Shown piece after piece: positions 60,901-64,000 of a stretch of 64,000 nucleotides of DNA. This DNA is from Phallusia mammillata (lineage: Eukaryota). Made by a program: the position numbers and the translations under genes. Positions within the stretch are counted from its first letter, which is position 1. Each line of letters opens with the position of its first letter. The stretch covers positions 3,100,001 to 3,164,000 of the forward strand of contig OZ281498.1 of the NCBI GenBank assembly GCA_965637545.1, written 5' to 3'. Under the pieces are notes generated by a model. That model was given only the letters and a program-made list of their open reading frames with translations. It was not told the DNA's origin and searched no databases.

Positions 60901-63753
60901 AAAACAAACTACGAAACAGTTATTTTGAGAGAAAAACCTTTTAACCACAAGCCGGCCTTCTTTAAGCGTTACTTGTCTGACAAACAAATGTTACAAAGTG
61001 CTGTTTGGGCAGGAACTTGGCCGAATGGTCTGGCGCGCCTGACCCACATACAGACATAAAAAAAAACTTGATCGGGATTCGTCCCCGGGAGTGTCCTGGG
61101 TTCGAACCCCGTGAAAAAAAAGTGCTGTTTCATACGTATTATTGACCAATTTAAATACTGTTGGGTGAAATGACGTCGTGAGCCGTGGTTTTGTGACCCC
61201 TGATGTGATGTAACAAATAAATAGGCTACCAGCTGCAAAAAATGCAGAATTGTTTAAAAACCACACAAATAATGGTAAAACTCAAGATGATAGCTACTTA
61301 AAAATAACCGATTTTAAAAGTTACGGCACCTCTGGTATAAAGCAACACATGACATGCGTCACCGCAAAAACTCTTTTACAGAACAACTCACCATTCAAAG
61401 CAGTTGATGACAAAGCTTGATCCATAATGCAATTGCAGATTTTCTTTGTCCACAACAATGGACTTAGAAATATTTAGCAAATGGTCCGGCCGCGGACAGA
61501 CTTTTACTGAAACGATAAAACATTTGTTATTGGCTTAAATTTGATATAGCCTTTCAATTTTATTACTTATCAGTCAAACTTAAAACTAAAACATTACTTT
61601 GGCATGTTGGAGGCGGATGATCCCATTCTCCTGTATCTCCACAAGTGCGGACTTCCAAACCTATCATATTGTAGCCCACGTCACACGAATATTGCATTAC
61701 ATCCCCGTACTCAAAGTATTCCTTGTCACTAGGAATTTGAACATTGCCGTTCGCCAATGCACTCCCCTGTCTGCACCTCCGTTCTGAAGATATTTGTTTT
61801 GTCAATTGTTGGCTTTCACAAATACTTTAGTAAGTAAAGTTAAAGACATACCCAAATTACAGCAATAAAAATAAATTGACTAGACTTACTGCTAACGCTG
61901 TAGTAGAGCTTAAACCCTGTTTTTTCCACACTCAGGTCGGAGTAAAACTCTACAATGATCGCTGATGTATGTAGCTGCAACCAACTTCCGTTTGCCGGGG
62001 CCGTAGATCCACAGTATTTGTCCGAATTTCCATCAGGCAAAATAATCTGCAAGTAATATACACGTATGGCAAACTGGGTGTCACACTTTGCTAAAGTCGT
62101 TTTCAGTTTAGGTTTTGCACCTTCACCCAATCATAGGCACAGCCTTCTTCATAATGGTCTTCAATTTCAAATACTGAATCGAAACGAACATCAATGGTGT
62201 GTCCAGGAATTGCCTAAAAATACTTTTATTTCAGAATTTCCCGTAACCATTTTTAATTGTCAGAATATAAAATACTTCAATAGCGTATTGGCAGTTTGAT
62301 AGTTTTGAATACGGATTGGGATATTCAGGTGAAGCCAGGGTGCCATTTGAGCCAACAACAATGACGGAAGAAGGACAATCAGCTGTGTGACATGTCAAAC
62401 AGTCATTATTTTGATTAGTACATAGTACGTTACATAAACCAGTGGTCGGCAACCGCCGGTCCGCGGTCCGGTACCGGTCCGCGAGGAGTTCGTTGCCGGG
62501 CCGTATACTTTTTCAGTTTAAATGCTATAAAACATTTTTCCATGTATCCTGGGGATGATAAAGTAAATTTGGCGTTTTTGTTGCTAAATATTTGTAGCTT
62601 TTTGAAGACCGGTCCGCGATAAAATTTCACTTTCAAAAACCGGTCCGCAGTGCAAAAAAGGTTGCCGACCCCTGACATAAACGACAATGAAAACAAATGT
62701 CTCACCTACACATGTATGTCCGTTTGCATGCAGGGAAAAACCACGTCTGCACGAGCAGTAATACGAACCCGGTACATTGTGACAGAAGTGATTGCATCGA
62801 ACCACCTGATCCCAATCTTCCTCTTGAGCCTTTAGCAGCATCTTACATTCGTTTATATCTTAATTTCAATATAAGACTTTACTTAAAACTAAAACCGTAA
62901 GCATATGTTTAGAAAATGGTGCAAAGAAACCGTTACAACCTTCTGCTCTAAAATGTGCCACAAATCCATAAGGCAAGGGACTTTCGTTCGAATAATCCGA
63001 TACAAACCGCACAACCATTTGATTGCTGGTAGAAAAAAACTTTTGGTATACTCCTGGAGCATCGCTTTGGTGTTGAGCCATGTTTCCACAAAATCTTTTG
63101 TTGTTGATCTGGCAAAAATTTCAGCTATGTTTTTTATAGCTATTACATTGTTTTACTTAAATTAACGTAGTTGATAAAATATATGGTTAAATAAACACTT
63201 TTTGGTTCATTAGTTTTCTTTTCCTTCCGCAGAGTTGACGTTAGAAAAGCATTACATTTATCAATCAGTTATCTCAACCAAATTACCATTATTTATAATA
63301 TTAACAGAAATAATTAACTAATATTATTGAATAAATTGCGTATCAGGTAATATATATTACTTTCAGGTAATCATAAACACATGAGCCTTGTGTTTCTTCG
63401 TACGAATTTTCCACGTCGAACACGGTAAAAAAGAGACGAACTACAAAACCTTCAGACACAGTGATTGTCCAGGTTTTATTGATATTGTTTGGATACGTAG
63501 CTGGGTAGTCGTCACTCGAAAAGGTTCCATAGTCAGCTTGGAACTCTTCACAGAAACATCCAAAAACCCCAAGAAACCCCAACAAAACTCCGACAACAAA
63601 CCTTAAAAATAACAAACTTTAAGTCGTTTTCATCGTTTGGCTTATTTTATGTATGTATAATACGCAACAATTTGTTGCTTTATTTCTAAATTTGACTAAA
63701 ATCGTCGAAAACGCATTGCGACGTGCTAAACATATTCATAACTCTTACCTCAT
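57903..63753 (-). CDS. MASP/C1r/C1s-family serine protease (CUB-EGF-CUB-CCP-CCP-trypsin), TCN type with intron-split protease domain
   Basis: ATGAG|gt at 63753-63749; signal peptide; CUB1 (YPATYPNN...YDYLK|INNKRFCG); Ca-EGF (DINEC...CHNVPGSYYCSCRRGF); CUB2; two CCP domains; IIGG; CGGSLVHEQYVVTAAHC; DDDIAVIKL; RDSCKGDSGGP with Ser codon TCA and S1 Asp; stop at 57903. Confidence 0.95.
60445..60480. mobile_element. Terminal fragment of the 62440-62674 MITE family (inverted)
   Basis: CAGGGGTC...TTTTTTACCGCGGACCGG resembles the reverse complement of the right end of the 62440 element; no second end found. Confidence 0.5.
61007..61118 (+). mobile_element. tRNA-derived SINE, copy 2, with A tail and 12-bp TSD (MASP intron)
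   Basis: A box TGGCCGAATGG, B box GGTTCGAACCC, short poly(A), TSD AAAGTGCTGTTT (60995-61006 / 61119-61130). Confidence 0.88.
62440..62674. mobile_element. hAT-type MITE, 235 bp (MASP intron)
   Basis: CAGTGGTCGGCAACC...GGTTGCCGACCCCTG; perfect TSD ACATAAAC; subterminal CCGGTCCGC motif repeated. Confidence 0.92.
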
Positions 63754-64000
63754 TGCCTTTGAAAAACACGCCGCCTTCCAAATCACAAACTTCAACGAAA
63801 TAAAGTAACTACATTCCTACACAATAATAGCTGAAGGCTAAACCAGCCTTTAGACTGCAAACCAAGGCAGCATCGAAACTGCTTGCAGTGTAAGAAGAAC
63901 GATTAGCTTGTTAACAGCCGCCGGGCAAAAAGTTTTTGTTCATTGGACTCAAGTTTTTACATGTTTGTACAGAAAAAAAAAACGCAAAACGGTTTGTGCA

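Overview
AT-rich eukaryotic genomic DNA with short GT-AG introns, most likely from an ascidian tunicate. That assignment is an inference from an intron-split, TCN-serine MASP-like gene, compact genes and an operon-like junction. Protein genes rebuilt by hand from splice sites, in order: a 2-exon cytosolic sulfotransferase (-); a decayed CCP/mucin/TM gene and a sulfotransferase pseudogene (+); a large multi-exon gene of unknown function (-, about 10.8-21.6 kb) head-to-head with a 10-exon CYP26-clan-like P450 (+); a follistatin/Kazal-domain protein (-) followed by about 8 kb without a recognisable gene; SSR4 (-) head-to-head with SNRPF (+); RPS29 (-); and a MASP/C1r-type protease (-). Most notable: (1) the apparent ~228-bp satellite at 54.0-55.5 kb is a spliced non-coding host gene starting about 40 nt after the RPS29 poly(A) signal, with seven intronic copies of a SNORD65/snR77-like box C/D snoRNA. 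(2) A 122-bp hairpin mini-element with 25-bp inverted repeats and an 8-bp flanking duplication has a minimal hammerhead ribozyme as its core, sense-oriented in a P450 intron beside Penelope-like RT debris. (3) RPS29 retains only two of the four zinc-ligand cysteines. (4) The P450 lacks an N-terminal anchor and the I-helix acid-alcohol pair. Many hAT-type MITEs with 8-bp TSDs, one Merlin-like MITE and two tRNA-derived SINE copies are also present. No database search was run; all identities come from motif recognition.
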